Source: Spirochaetales bacterium (GTDB lineage: Bacteria > Spirochaetota > Spirochaetia > JABEVK01). Taken from it: a DNA stretch of 64,000 nt. A program made the translations under genes and the position numbers. This document shows positions 52,393 to 61,461 of the stretch, in pieces. The stretch covers positions 448,001 through 512,000 of the forward strand of contig JBAXAI010000001.1 in assembly GCA_037142615.1 (NCBI GenBank). Reading direction: 5' to 3'. The number at the start of each line of letters is the position of its first letter. Within the stretch, counting starts at the first letter, position 1. Under the pieces are notes generated by a model. That model ran no database searches and was not told the origin of the DNA. It saw nothing but the letters and a program-made list of their open reading frames with translations.

Positions 52393-53069
52393 GGTACGCG
52401 GCGCTTCTCTTGGCTCTCTGGCTGGCTACCGTGGCTTCGGCCATGGGTTTCTCCGAAGATCCCGGAGAAGTCCAAAAGCGAAACTACGACGTGTTCGCTT
52501 TCAACAACCTTACTGTTCGCGGGGAAGTGACCGTGGAAATCCGCCAGGGTGATCATTACGCCGTCACTGTGCAAACGACCCGGGCCCTCTTTGAGCAGTT
52601 GACCGTGTACAGCCTGTTCGGCGAAGCCAACATCGCCATTGAGACTGGCCTTCGAGGGCCCCGTGAAACCGGCGCGGTTCAGGTCTGGATCACGGTTCCC
52701 CGCCTGAACCGGTTGCTGGTGCTCGACCACAGCAGCGTTGTGGCCGACTGGCCGTCGGACGCCGCGTGGGTGTCCCTGCGCGACAACAGCGTGCTCGACT
52801 TGTCTTTCAGCGGCAAGACGCTCACTATCGAGGCCTTTTCGCGCTCGCGCGCGGTTGTCACCGGTACGGCGGGCCTCTTGTCGTTGTACCTTCGAACCGC
52901 GAGCCAAGTCGCCGCCAATGACCTGAGCACAGCCAAGGCCGAACTGGAATTGGACGAAGGCTCTTCGGTCGTTCTCGGCCCGACGGCACGCTGGACCGGA
53001 GTGCTGCGGCGAAACTCAACCGCGACCTCGCTGGGCCAGCCTCCGCAAGGTTCTCTCACTCAGAAATGA
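52389..53069 (+). CDS. Secreted GIN/DUF2807-like beta-helix protein
   Basis: Signal peptide; FNNLTVRGEVTVEIRQGD, VWITVPRL and repeated short beta units. Confidence 0.7.
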   Translation: MRYAALLLALWLATVASAMGFSEDPGEVQKRNYDVFAFNNLTVRGEVTVEIRQGDHYAVTVQTTRALFEQLTVYSLFGEANIAIETGLRGPRETGAVQVWITVPRLNRLLVLDHSSVVADWPSDAAWVSLRDNSVLDLSFSGKTLTIEAFSRSRAVVTGTAGLLSLYLRTASQVAANDLSTAKAELELDEGSSVVLGPTARWTGVLRRNSTATSLGQPPQGSLTQK

Positions 53070-53346
53070 AGTCAACTGCGACGGCCTGCTCGTACAAGGG
53101 AGCAAGAAAAGCCTTCACAGGCAGGTGGGCCGGATGCTCGTTGTACACAGCCAAGGCCGCCTCGTCCTTGAGCGTGACAACGAGCCCCAGATCGTAGGAC
53201 CGACCCGAATGGACCACGTCTGACCCCACCTTGAGGTCTAGAACTTCACCGATGAGTGGGGCCATAGCGCGCAGGCGGGCTACCGCCTCGCCCACCGAGT
53301 GCTTGTTCTCCGGTTTGAAGCGGAACGCCACCAGGTGGAAGAGCAT
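53056..53346 (-). CDS. Dabb-family stress-responsive alpha/beta barrel protein
   Basis: HLVAFRFK...YDLGLVV...YNEHPAH...AVDF; coupled to the ahpC stop. Confidence 0.88.
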   Translation of the reverse strand: MLFHLVAFRFKPENKHSVGEAVARLRAMAPLIGEVLDLKVGSDVVHSGRSYDLGLVVTLKDEAALAVYNEHPAHLPVKAFLAPLYEQAVAVDFISE

Positions 53347-53915
53347 CAGATCTTGCCGACCAGCTGGATGCCGGGCTTCAGAGTCTTCTGACCGGGTTCC
53401 CAATTGGCCGGGCAAACTTCGCCGTGCTCGCGGACAAACTTGGCGGCGCGCAGTTTTCGGAGGGTCTCTTTGGCGGCCCGGCCGATACCGTTGTCGTTGA
53501 TCTCGATCGTCTTGACGAAACCCTCGGGATCGATGATGAAGGTGCCCCGGTACGCAAGACCCGCATCGTCACCGTCTTCGATGTAGACGCCGCAGTAGCG
53601 GGAAAAAGCGCCGGAAGGATCGGCCAACATCGGATATTGGATCTTGCCGATCGTGGGGCTGGAACCGTGCCAAGCAAAGTGGGCAAAATGCGTGTCGGTG
53701 CTCACCGACAGGATTTCAGCTCCCTCAGCTGCAAACTCGGCGTAATGATCGGCCATATCGCCCAGTTCGGTGGGGCAAACGAACGTGAAGTCCGCAGGGT
53801 AGAAGAACACTACCACCCACTTTCCTTTGTAGTCAGACAATTGGACGGGACGAAACTCGCCCTTATGGAAGGCTGTCAGGCGGAAGTCTTCCACCTTTTT
53901 GTTCAGTGCGATCAT
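53346..53915 (-). CDS. ahpC: 2-Cys peroxiredoxin AhpC
   Basis: FYPADFTFVCPTEL and GEVCPANW. Confidence 0.95.
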   Translation of the reverse strand: MIALNKKVEDFRLTAFHKGEFRPVQLSDYKGKWVVVFFYPADFTFVCPTELGDMADHYAEFAAEGAEILSVSTDTHFAHFAWHGSSPTIGKIQYPMLADPSGAFSRYCGVYIEDGDDAGLAYRGTFIIDPEGFVKTIEINDNGIGRAAKETLRKLRAAKFVREHGEVCPANWEPGQKTLKPGIQLVGKI

Positions 53916-54004
53916 GGGAATCTCCTCAACTCATTATGTCGATAAGATCCGGATTTTCGGCAAAAATGTCAAAGGGGCTTTTTTTTTGTATATTGAACAA
54001 CGAT

Positions 54005-54646
54005 ATGGAACAAACCGCAACGATTCCCCTGTTTCCGCTCAATGTCGTTCTGTTTCCCAATCAACCGTTGCCCCTCCATATTTTTGAGCCGCGGTACAAA
54101 CAGATGGTTGCCGACTGCCTCGCCGACGGGCGCGATTTTGGGGTTGTTCTGGCCCATCAGGGCCAGCTGTTCCAGAACGGCACCTGCGCCCGCATTGAGA
54201 ATATCGTGGAACGCTTCGACGACGGGCGCCTCAACATCCTGACTCTGGGAAAGAGGCGCTTCCGTGTGCAGAAGCTTCTTGAGGACAAGCCCTATTTGGA
54301 GGGCGAAGTTGAGTTCTGGGACGACAGGGAGGTTCCCTCGGCCGCAGTCGAACAACTTCTGCGGCAGGTTCACCTTCTGGTTAAGGACTATATGCGGATC
54401 ACTGGCAAGATTGCGGACCCCAGCCTCATCGAGAACTACACTCCGTACGGGTTTTCATTTTTTCTGGCCGAAATCAACAGCTATTCCTTGACCCGACAGC
54501 AGGAAGTACTTGAGATGAACTCCGCCGAGGAACGTCTGCTGGAAGGCCTGGCGAGTCTGACCCAGTTGGTAGCCAAGCTTAAGTTGGACGAGAAACTCCA
54601 ACAGCTTTTGGGTAGCACCAGCAGCTTCTTCAACATCTGCAACTGA
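54005..54646 (+). CDS. LON peptidase substrate-binding domain protein
   Basis: IPLFPLNVVLFP..PLPLHIFEPRYKQMV. Confidence 0.9.
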   Translation: MEQTATIPLFPLNVVLFPNQPLPLHIFEPRYKQMVADCLADGRDFGVVLAHQGQLFQNGTCARIENIVERFDDGRLNILTLGKRRFRVQKLLEDKPYLEGEVEFWDDREVPSAAVEQLLRQVHLLVKDYMRITGKIADPSLIENYTPYGFSFFLAEINSYSLTRQQEVLEMNSAEERLLEGLASLTQLVAKLKLDEKLQQLLGSTSSFFNICN

Positions 54647-54654
54647 CTCTTGGC

Positions 54655-54683
54655 TTGACACCGAGAGGCCGATTCTCTATTCT
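54655..54683 (+). promoter_or_regulatory. sigma70 promoter of the small basic ORF
   Basis: TTGACA-N17-TATTCT. Confidence 0.8.
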
Positions 54684-54706
54684 GATGCGATCTTCTGGAG
54701 GGTTCT

Positions 54707-54844
54707 ATGGGTTCTGACACCAAAAAAACATCGACTCAGCGCCGTAACAAGGCCGAAAAGCGCGCTGTGGCGCGTGCCAAGGCTGCGAATCGTGCTCTGG
54801 CACGACTCAAGGCCAAGGGCTTCAACAAGTCGCTGAGCGCCTAG
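54707..54844 (+). CDS. 45-aa highly basic small protein (not in the ORF track)
   Basis: MGSDTKKTSTQRRNKAEKRAVARAKAANRALARLKAKGFNKSLSA; GGAGG RBS, own promoter and terminator. Confidence 0.8.
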   Translation: MGSDTKKTSTQRRNKAEKRAVARAKAANRALARLKAKGFNKSLSA

Positions 54845-54860
54845 TTGTTCTGACAGCTTG

Positions 54861-54888
54861 AACCCGGCCGAAAGGCCGGTTTTTTGTT
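54861..54888 (+). terminator. Rho-independent terminator
   Basis: CCGGCC-GAAA-GGCCGG followed by TTTTTTGTT. Confidence 0.85.
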
Positions 54889-54936
54889 GTTGCAAATGAC
54901 TTTGCGGCTCATACAATGAGTTTGAGGGGCGTTGCC

Positions 54937-57066
54937 ATGAAGTTCACTCTGCGGGTCAAACTGTTCATTACATCTTTTGTCCTTGTCATCCCGCTTAGCT
55001 TTGCCCTGTGGAGCCTTTTGGGCCTGTATCAGGGCCAGCTTGACTTCACCCAGCAGGAAATCCGAGGTCTTGAGGCGACGACTCCCGTAGCCCGCACACT
55101 GTTTCTGCTCCAGTCCTCGCATGGGGAGTCGACACAGTCGGCAGACTTGGCTTCGGTGGTCGAAGGGTTCACTCCGATCGCCCAGAAGTACCGAATCCAT
55201 CTCACCATCGAAAAGGCCGAACTGCAGCGTGCAGGCGTTGCTTGGAACGAGGTCAATACTCTCGAATCGCGCCTCAAGTTCTACCTTTCGGGAAACCCTG
55301 ACACCTACGAGAAAGTCTTCGGCCTGACGAGGGGCCTAATCGCCTATCTTGGCGACACCTCGAACTTGATTCTCGACCCTGACATCAACTCTTACTACCT
55401 TATCAGCGTGCTGATGATTGACCTTCCCGACCTGATCACCGTGATTGACAAAATCCAGACAACCCTTCGGGAATGGCCGGCCAATCCGCTGCCGGCCGAC
55501 TACTTCAACGCCTATACGCTGGTCGGCGCGTACGAAAAGAAAATCGGGGACCTCGCCGTCTCGCTCGACCGGTCCCTGAAGAACGATCCGGGCCCTTACG
55601 GTTCCATCCCAGGTTACGTAGACCGCATGGAGGCTCAGAAGCAACCCCTGCTCGCAGCCCTGAATATGCTCGACAACGTATTGAAGGGTCAGGCGCGCAG
55701 CGGACAGTGGAATCTGGCGCTTTCCAAGCCGGTATTCCTCGACGCCCAAAAAATCCTTCAAAAAACTGACAGCCTGGGCAGAGAATTTCTGGCCCTGATG
55801 CTCCAAGCGCGAATCTCCTCGATTCAGCGCGCGCTGGTGTTCGCCTTTGCGTTGTGCGCTGTTCTCGTGGCTGGCGGGCTCTTCCTTGTGCTTTTCATGG
55901 TGGGCCGCATCCGCGGGAAGGTCTTTCTTCAAATGGCCGCGTTTGAGAGGGTGTCGCAAGGCGACCTGACGATCCGGCTGAGTCCCAAGGGCGGCGATGA
56001 ACTTGCCAAGTCGGCCGCGTCGTTCAATCGTTTCATGGATACCTTCCAGGGTAACTTCCGCAACCTGTCGACCCTTTCCAAGGTCTTGGGTAGTTCGGCC
56101 GTGAAAGTGCAATCTTCCAGCGAGTTCCTGGGCAAAGGGAGCCAGACGCAGGCGGCAACGGTGGAAGAAACCTCTACCACGATGGAGACGTTTTCTGACA
56201 CGCTCGAAGGAATTCGCATTCACATGTCGAAGCAACTGGAAGCCACCGAAGAAACCTTCTCGACGATGGATGCTCTGAGTTCGGGGCTGGGAAATATTCG
56301 CAACGAGGTCGCTGCCCTGCGGAGCATTGCTGCGGAGAGTCATGATTCCACGCAATCTGGCGAAGGCATCCTGAGGGAGTCTCTGGAGGTCAGTCAGCTC
56401 TTAGGAACAGGAATGAACGAGGCTAACGCCCGCATGATGGACATCCGGGGCGGCACTGAGAATATCGCTGAACTCCTTACCGCCATCAGTCAAATTTCCG
56501 GTAATACCAGCCTTCTGGCGATGAACGCCGCGATTGAGGCTGCTCATGCTGGCGAAACCGGAAAGGGTTTTGCGGTTGTTGCCGAGGAAATCCGCAAACT
56601 CGCTTCTGATACCCAGATTTTTGTTGATGACATTTCGGGAATCATGGAACAGATTCAGATTTCGGTAGCCAACGGAGCGGCGATCACGGACAAGGGTGCC
56701 CGTCACGCGATGGAGTCGTTTCGGCTTGGTGAACTTTCCCGCGAGGCCTTGCAGCGCATCAGCAACAGCTTTTCGGACATCAACAACCGCGTCTTGGGCA
56801 TCGAGCAATTCGTTCAAGGCACCGAGATCCTGACCAACGAAATCCACGAGAAGGCCCAAAGCCTCAACGAGGAGACCGGCAATCTCAATCAGTCGATCCT
56901 GGAAACCACGGAAGGCGCCCGCCAGATTGGCACAGCGATGTTTGACTTGGCCGAGAGTGCCAGTACCACAGCACAAAATGGCGAGGACCTCAACCAACTG
57001 TCCCAAACTCTTGAGCGGCAGTCAGACCAACTGACCAAGACCGTCACCAAGTACAAAATCGACTAG
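54937..57066 (+). CDS. Methyl-accepting chemotaxis protein
   Basis: Two TM helices, [14 protein letters not shown] sensor, [35 protein letters not shown]. Confidence 0.95.
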   Translation: MKFTLRVKLFITSFVLVIPLSFALWSLLGLYQGQLDFTQQEIRGLEATTPVARTLFLLQSSHGESTQSADLASVVEGFTPIAQKYRIHLTIEKAELQRAGVAWNEVNTLESRLKFYLSGNPDTYEKVFGLTRGLIAYLGDTSNLILDPDINSYYLISVLMIDLPDLITVIDKIQTTLREWPANPLPADYFNAYTLVGAYEKKIGDLAVSLDRSLKNDPGPYGSIPGYVDRMEAQKQPLLAALNMLDNVLKGQARSGQWNLALSKPVFLDAQKILQKTDSLGREFLALMLQARISSIQRALVFAFALCAVLVAGGLFLVLFMVGRIRGKVFLQMAAFERVSQGDLTIRLSPKGGDELAKSAASFNRFMDTFQGNFRNLSTLSKVLGSSAVKVQSSSEFLGKGSQTQAATVEETSTTMETFSDTLEGIRIHMSKQLEATEETFSTMDALSSGLGNIRNEVAALRSIAAESHDSTQSGEGILRESLEVSQLLGTGMNEANARMMDIRGGTENIAELLTAISQISGNTSLLAMNAAIEAAHAGETGKGFAVVAEEIRKLASDTQIFVDDISGIMEQIQISVANGAAITDKGARHAMESFRLGELSREALQRISNSFSDINNRVLGIEQFVQGTEILTNEIHEKAQSLNEETGNLNQSILETTEGARQIGTAMFDLAESASTTAQNGEDLNQLSQTLERQSDQLTKTVTKYKID

Positions 57067-57299
57067 TCGGTCTTGTGCTCGGGCGGTTCCACATCGGGGA
57101 ACGGCAGATCCAGTGAGCTCGAAAGGGCTGCTTGGTTGGCGGCCTGAATTTCGAGAGCAACCTCCTGGCGGTAGACCTTAACCTCTTTTGGGGCCTTGAT
57201 TCCCAACTTGACCGTGTCGCCACGCAAGTCGACCACCCAAATCTCGATTCCATCGCCAATGAGAATCTTCTGGTCTTTTTTTCGGGAGAGGATCAGCAT
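57063..57299 (-). CDS. csrA: Carbon storage regulator CsrA
   Basis: [15 protein letters not shown]...[17 protein letters not shown]. Confidence 0.95.
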   Translation of the reverse strand: MLILSRKKDQKILIGDGIEIWVVDLRGDTVKLGIKAPKEVKVYRQEVALEIQAANQAALSSSLDLPFPDVEPPEHKTD

Positions 57300-57300
57300 T

Positions 57301-57738
57301 TCATTCCCTCCGCGCGGCCATTTCTTCCAGAATATCGTGCTTGGTGCGGTACTCGTCCTTGGGACTGATGCACTGCGCCCCCTTGCCTGTCTTGCGGTTG
57401 ATCACCAGCGGCCCCTGCAAATTGGCAGTCATGGGTCCGGACTCGGGAATCGTGACGATGGCAAAGACCAGCAAGTCGGCCGCCTCAGGATTGCCCAGCT
57501 CGTCCAGGTCTTCCCGGCTGAGACCGGGATCATAGTCGTCGTGGAAGATAGACGGCTTGATCAGAATGAAAGCAATTCGAACCTCGTCGAGATTTTGCAG
57601 CCAGAAGAAAGGCTTCTTGTGCGCGTCGATCAGGGCGAAGCGAGTGTATTCCTCGAAGCCGAGGAGGCCCCGTGGAAAGGCCAGGATCTGCTTGTCTTCA
57701 ATCTCTACAGGGCCGTAGGCCTTGGTATCGAGCTTCAT
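57301..57738 (-). CDS. fliW: Flagellar assembly factor FliW
   Basis: FPRGLLGFE, PFFWLQ, MTANLQGPLVIN; adjacent to csrA. Confidence 0.93.
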   Translation of the reverse strand: MKLDTKAYGPVEIEDKQILAFPRGLLGFEEYTRFALIDAHKKPFFWLQNLDEVRIAFILIKPSIFHDDYDPGLSREDLDELGNPEAADLLVFAIVTIPESGPMTANLQGPLVINRKTGKGAQCISPKDEYRTKHDILEEMAARRE

Positions 57739-57740
57739 AG

Positions 57741-58997
57741 TCACCTCAGAAAGTCCATCAACGTGGTGGGAAGGATTTTGGCTGCGGCCTTCAAGGCCGC
57801 TTGGTGTGTGTAGTCGAGCATTTTCATCTGGGTGATTCCCTGGGTCAGGTCGAGGTCGAGGAGGTTCGAAGTCTTCTCTTGCACCTTGGGAATCTCATCC
57901 TGCAGCCGCTTGCTGGTGTCTTCCAGGCGGGTGTCCCGCGAACCGAGTTCGGCCACGGCGGTCTGAATGTTCTTCAGGGACGCTTGTACTCCGGCCAAAC
58001 CTTGGCCACCGATGAACTCCTTGTTTCCGGCCAAAAGGTTGTCACGCAGCCGGATCACGGCATCGAACATGGACCCACCAAAGGCCCTGGCGTCCGGATG
58101 GAGGTTCTGCGGGGGCTGAAGGCCGGGACGGTCCGAAAGGACTCCCAGATCTCGCAACACGTTTCCACCGGTTCCGGCGGCGTCTTCGAGGAACAACTGG
58201 TGTGGCTGGGTGGTTTCCAGCACCAGTCCGTTGGTAACAGGGTCAATAGAGGCGCGCACTGCCACGGGGGCTGCGTTGATTCGGCTGACAATAGTGTGAA
58301 TGTTGTCACCGGCTTTGAGATCGATCTTCTTTCCGTCCATGAGAAAGGAGGTGTCGGACTGGACCTGGTAGTTCTGCGCGTCGACCGACGAATACACCTT
58401 TTGCTGGTCAGCCCAAAACACCTTGTTCCCGGCAAAGTTCGTCGCGATGCTGGTGTTTTCGCTGATGTCAGCCTTGTTTTCGCCGATCGAGCCCATGTAC
58501 TCCACATTGGTGATCACCTGCCCGGTTCCCCCTTCGACGTGGCCCTTGAGCGTGCGGAAGGCCGCTGAGTCGAGTTTGGTCCCCGCAAAAAGACTCTGGC
58601 CGTCGGGGCCCTTGGCGTTACCAATGCTCACGAGCTCGTTAAGGTACTCATTGATCTCATTGCCCATGGTCTGCAGATCACTCTTGGAGTAAGTTCCGTT
58701 GGCACCTTGGATGGTCAGCTCATTGACCCGCTGCAAAATGTCCTGGGTTTGCGACAGATGGCTTTCCTGGATACGAAGGTTGGCCTGCACTTCGAGCGCA
58801 TTGCTGTCGTAACGCTCCAAGCGAGCCATCCAGCTTTGGTAGCGCGTGGCATGGGCGGCAGCGACCGGATCATCACGAAGGTTCTGGATGCGTTGCTGGC
58901 TGGCCATCTGGTTTTGGTTGCGGTTGATCTGGTACTCCTGAGACCGCAAAGTCGAGTTCAGATCGTTGTTGGTCATGTTGGAACTGATGCGTTGCAT
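57741..58997 (-). CDS. flgL: Flagellar hook-associated protein 3
   Basis: MQRISSNM, DDPVAA, GANGTYS, SLFAG, C-terminal TLMDFLR. Confidence 0.93.
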   Translation of the reverse strand: MQRISSNMTNNDLNSTLRSQEYQINRNQNQMASQQRIQNLRDDPVAAAHATRYQSWMARLERYDSNALEVQANLRIQESHLSQTQDILQRVNELTIQGANGTYSKSDLQTMGNEINEYLNELVSIGNAKGPDGQSLFAGTKLDSAAFRTLKGHVEGGTGQVITNVEYMGSIGENKADISENTSIATNFAGNKVFWADQQKVYSSVDAQNYQVQSDTSFLMDGKKIDLKAGDNIHTIVSRINAAPVAVRASIDPVTNGLVLETTQPHQLFLEDAAGTGGNVLRDLGVLSDRPGLQPPQNLHPDARAFGGSMFDAVIRLRDNLLAGNKEFIGGQGLAGVQASLKNIQTAVAELGSRDTRLEDTSKRLQDEIPKVQEKTSNLLDLDLTQGITQMKMLDYTHQAALKAAAKILPTTLMDFLR

Positions 58998-58999
58998 GG

Positions 59000-60895
59000 T
59001 CAGACTCCTAGCTTGTTGATGATGGTGTCTAGCATGTCGTTCCAGTTGGAAATGAACCTGGCGGCAGCGTTGTAGCCGTGTTGAAACTTCAGTAGGTTGG
59101 ACATTTCTTCGTCGATGTTGACGCCCGAGACGCTGTCGCGCAGGTCATGGAGGTCTTTCATCACCTTGTTCTGGGTCTCCAGGCTGATCTGGGCGGTTTC
59201 GCCCTTGAGGCCAATGCTCGCTACAGACTGAGCGAAGTAGTCATCGAAGGTCTTGGCGTCACCAACATTGACCTGACTGCCCCGGAGGCTTGCGATCGCG
59301 AGGGCCGCTGAACCGTCACCGGCTTCGGCTGGTTTGCCATTGGCACCCAAACCCGCAGCGAGTTTGCCGGGGTCGGCGGTGAGTTCTTGATTGATGCCGA
59401 CCCAAGCCGAAGGATGCGCCAACGGCGCCACCGCGTATTGCGTTCCACCGCCGGCCAGCGCTGTTGCCGCCTGGGGCGTGGTCCAGTCGTAGGCTCCGCC
59501 TGGACCCGGCGCCGCCAGCACTCCGGAATAGCCGACCAAGAACTGACCGGAGTCTTCGACATGCCGCAACACAAAAGGAGGATTTGCAGGGTCGGCGCTC
59601 GGAACGGCCTTGAGCTGTAGTTTGCCATCGCGGTCCAGCCGTGCGCTGACTTCGGACCCAGAGTTGTTGATGCGTTGCACGATGTCGTGTACGGTGTCGG
59701 CGGCATTGTAGGCTAGCGTGATGTTTCCGGCCTTTCCGGGCAGAGTCATGGTTCCCGACAAGCCCACCTGTTGCTGGGGATCGAGCGCATTCTTGCCCGT
59801 TACGCGGAACAACATGGTTGAGTCGAGCACGCCGTCACCATTCTTGTCGTAGCTGCCGTCAGCGTTGGTGACTGCCTTGTACTCGGTGAAGAACTTCTTT
59901 CCTGTATCGCCGTTGATGCCGTAGCCCGCGGAGTGAACTTCGTTGACGAGGTCGGAAAAGTGGACGGTCATCTGGTCGAGGTTTTGGATTTCCTTGCGGG
60001 TGTCGACGTCGCGCAGTTCGACAAGGGCTCCCAACTTGCCGCCGGAAGTGCCCCCAAGGCTCAAAGGAATCGGTTCCTTGGTGTCGGAACGGATCACTTT
60101 CCAGTACCCTTCGTTGGTCGGGTCGCCCGTGATTTCCATGGGGCTGGCAATCTTCCCCTGTACCAAATGGACGCCATTCATGTGGATCTGAAACTCATCC
60201 GGGTCACGCTTGTTCTCGACCGTGATGGGAACAATCGACGACAACTTGTTGGTCAGCAGGTCACGCTGGTCGAGCAGGTCGTTGGGATTGTCGCCCATGC
60301 CCTTCACTTTCTCGATTTGAACGTTGAGCGCAGCGATGTTCTTCAGGTAGGTATTCACCTCGCCCACCGTGTTGGCGACGTCTTCGTTGATCATGACGGC
60401 CACGTCGGTGAGGTTCTTGTTCTTGTCGTGGATGGAGTCCATCAGAGTCTGGCCCCGTTCCAGGACAGCCTTGCGGCTTGCCATTTCGTCAGGATGGAGC
60501 GATAGGTCCTGCCAGCCTTCCCAGAACTTGTCCATGCGGCTCCGGATCGAAATCTCGGCCGGTTCGTTCTGGATCTTTTCCAGTTGGAGGATGTACTTGT
60601 CGCGCTGAGCCCAGTAGCCTTCGCCAGAAGCCGTCGAATTGATGCGGTTTTCGAGCAGGTCGTCGCGGACCCGGGTCACCGACTGGGTTTCGACCCCCTG
60701 ACCCAGTTGACCTGGTACCCAAGCCCGGTTGAGTCCCGGGTCGTCGAGCGGAGGCGCCGCCTTCATCTCGACCCGCTGTCGCGAGTAGCCCTCCGTGCCG
60801 GCGTTCGCAAGGTTGTGCCCTGTGGTCTGCATGGCCTCGGTGTGCGCTGCCAGCGCGCGTTTTCCCATTTCAATTCCGGCAAATGCTGAACTCAT
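59000..60895 (-). CDS. flgK: Flagellar hook-associated protein 1
   Basis: GHNLANAGTEGYSRQRV, NDLLDQRD, VSGVNIDEEM..LLKFQHGYNAAAR. Confidence 0.95.
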   Translation of the reverse strand: MSSAFAGIEMGKRALAAHTEAMQTTGHNLANAGTEGYSRQRVEMKAAPPLDDPGLNRAWVPGQLGQGVETQSVTRVRDDLLENRINSTASGEGYWAQRDKYILQLEKIQNEPAEISIRSRMDKFWEGWQDLSLHPDEMASRKAVLERGQTLMDSIHDKNKNLTDVAVMINEDVANTVGEVNTYLKNIAALNVQIEKVKGMGDNPNDLLDQRDLLTNKLSSIVPITVENKRDPDEFQIHMNGVHLVQGKIASPMEITGDPTNEGYWKVIRSDTKEPIPLSLGGTSGGKLGALVELRDVDTRKEIQNLDQMTVHFSDLVNEVHSAGYGINGDTGKKFFTEYKAVTNADGSYDKNGDGVLDSTMLFRVTGKNALDPQQQVGLSGTMTLPGKAGNITLAYNAADTVHDIVQRINNSGSEVSARLDRDGKLQLKAVPSADPANPPFVLRHVEDSGQFLVGYSGVLAAPGPGGAYDWTTPQAATALAGGGTQYAVAPLAHPSAWVGINQELTADPGKLAAGLGANGKPAEAGDGSAALAIASLRGSQVNVGDAKTFDDYFAQSVASIGLKGETAQISLETQNKVMKDLHDLRDSVSGVNIDEEMSNLLKFQHGYNAAARFISNWNDMLDTIINKLGV

Positions 60896-60907
60896 GATTG
60901 GCCTCTC

Positions 60908-61408
60908 TCAGAAATGCGTATTCAGAACGAGGGGACGCGCTTCGCCGCCCCGGATGAAGCCGGAGCGCGAATACATGCGGCCCCGCAAGGTCGGATTCAA
61001 CTCGTGGACGACGGCTTTGACGAGCGCGCTGGCCGTTTGAACGTAGGTGGCAATGCCGAGGTTCAGCCCCTTCAGGCGCAAAGACCGCAGTTTCAGCTCG
61101 CGGAATAGTTCTGCCAACAACTCGCGCTGGTCTTCGGGGAGCCGGGGAAGAACTTCGTAGAACTTGCCTTCGCGGCCCAAGACTCGCAGTTGGATGCCTC
61201 GCCAGAGGGCGTCGCGACGCTCCTCAAGGCAACGAAGGCCTTCGGATTGGAAGTCGAGGGATTGCAGGGCCTTCTCGAGGGCCGGCCAGGTCTTGGTTTG
61301 CAACGCGGCCTTGGCAGCCAGTTGGGTATCCTGAAAGTGGTCCATGCCCTGAATTTGCATTTCCATCAGGGTTTTCAGGTCGAGCAGATTCCTTTCCAGT
61401 GTGTCCAT
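60908..61408 (-). CDS. flgN: Flagellar export chaperone FlgN-like
   Basis: Helical protein (LEERR...LKGLN...YSRSG) directly upstream of flgK; AAGGAG RBS. Confidence 0.7.
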   Translation of the reverse strand: MDTLERNLLDLKTLMEMQIQGMDHFQDTQLAAKAALQTKTWPALEKALQSLDFQSEGLRCLEERRDALWRGIQLRVLGREGKFYEVLPRLPEDQRELLAELFRELKLRSLRLKGLNLGIATYVQTASALVKAVVHELNPTLRGRMYSRSGFIRGGEARPLVLNTHF

Positions 61409-61429
61409 CGTCCGACTCCTTCCTTTCGA

Positions 61430-61456
61430 TTGTCGGAAGAAGCCGAAAAATCATGA
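61430..61456 (-). promoter_or_regulatory. sigma28-like promoter of flgNKL-fliW-csrA
   Basis: TCAT-N15-TCCGACAA. Confidence 0.5.
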
Positions 61457-61461
61457 CACTT

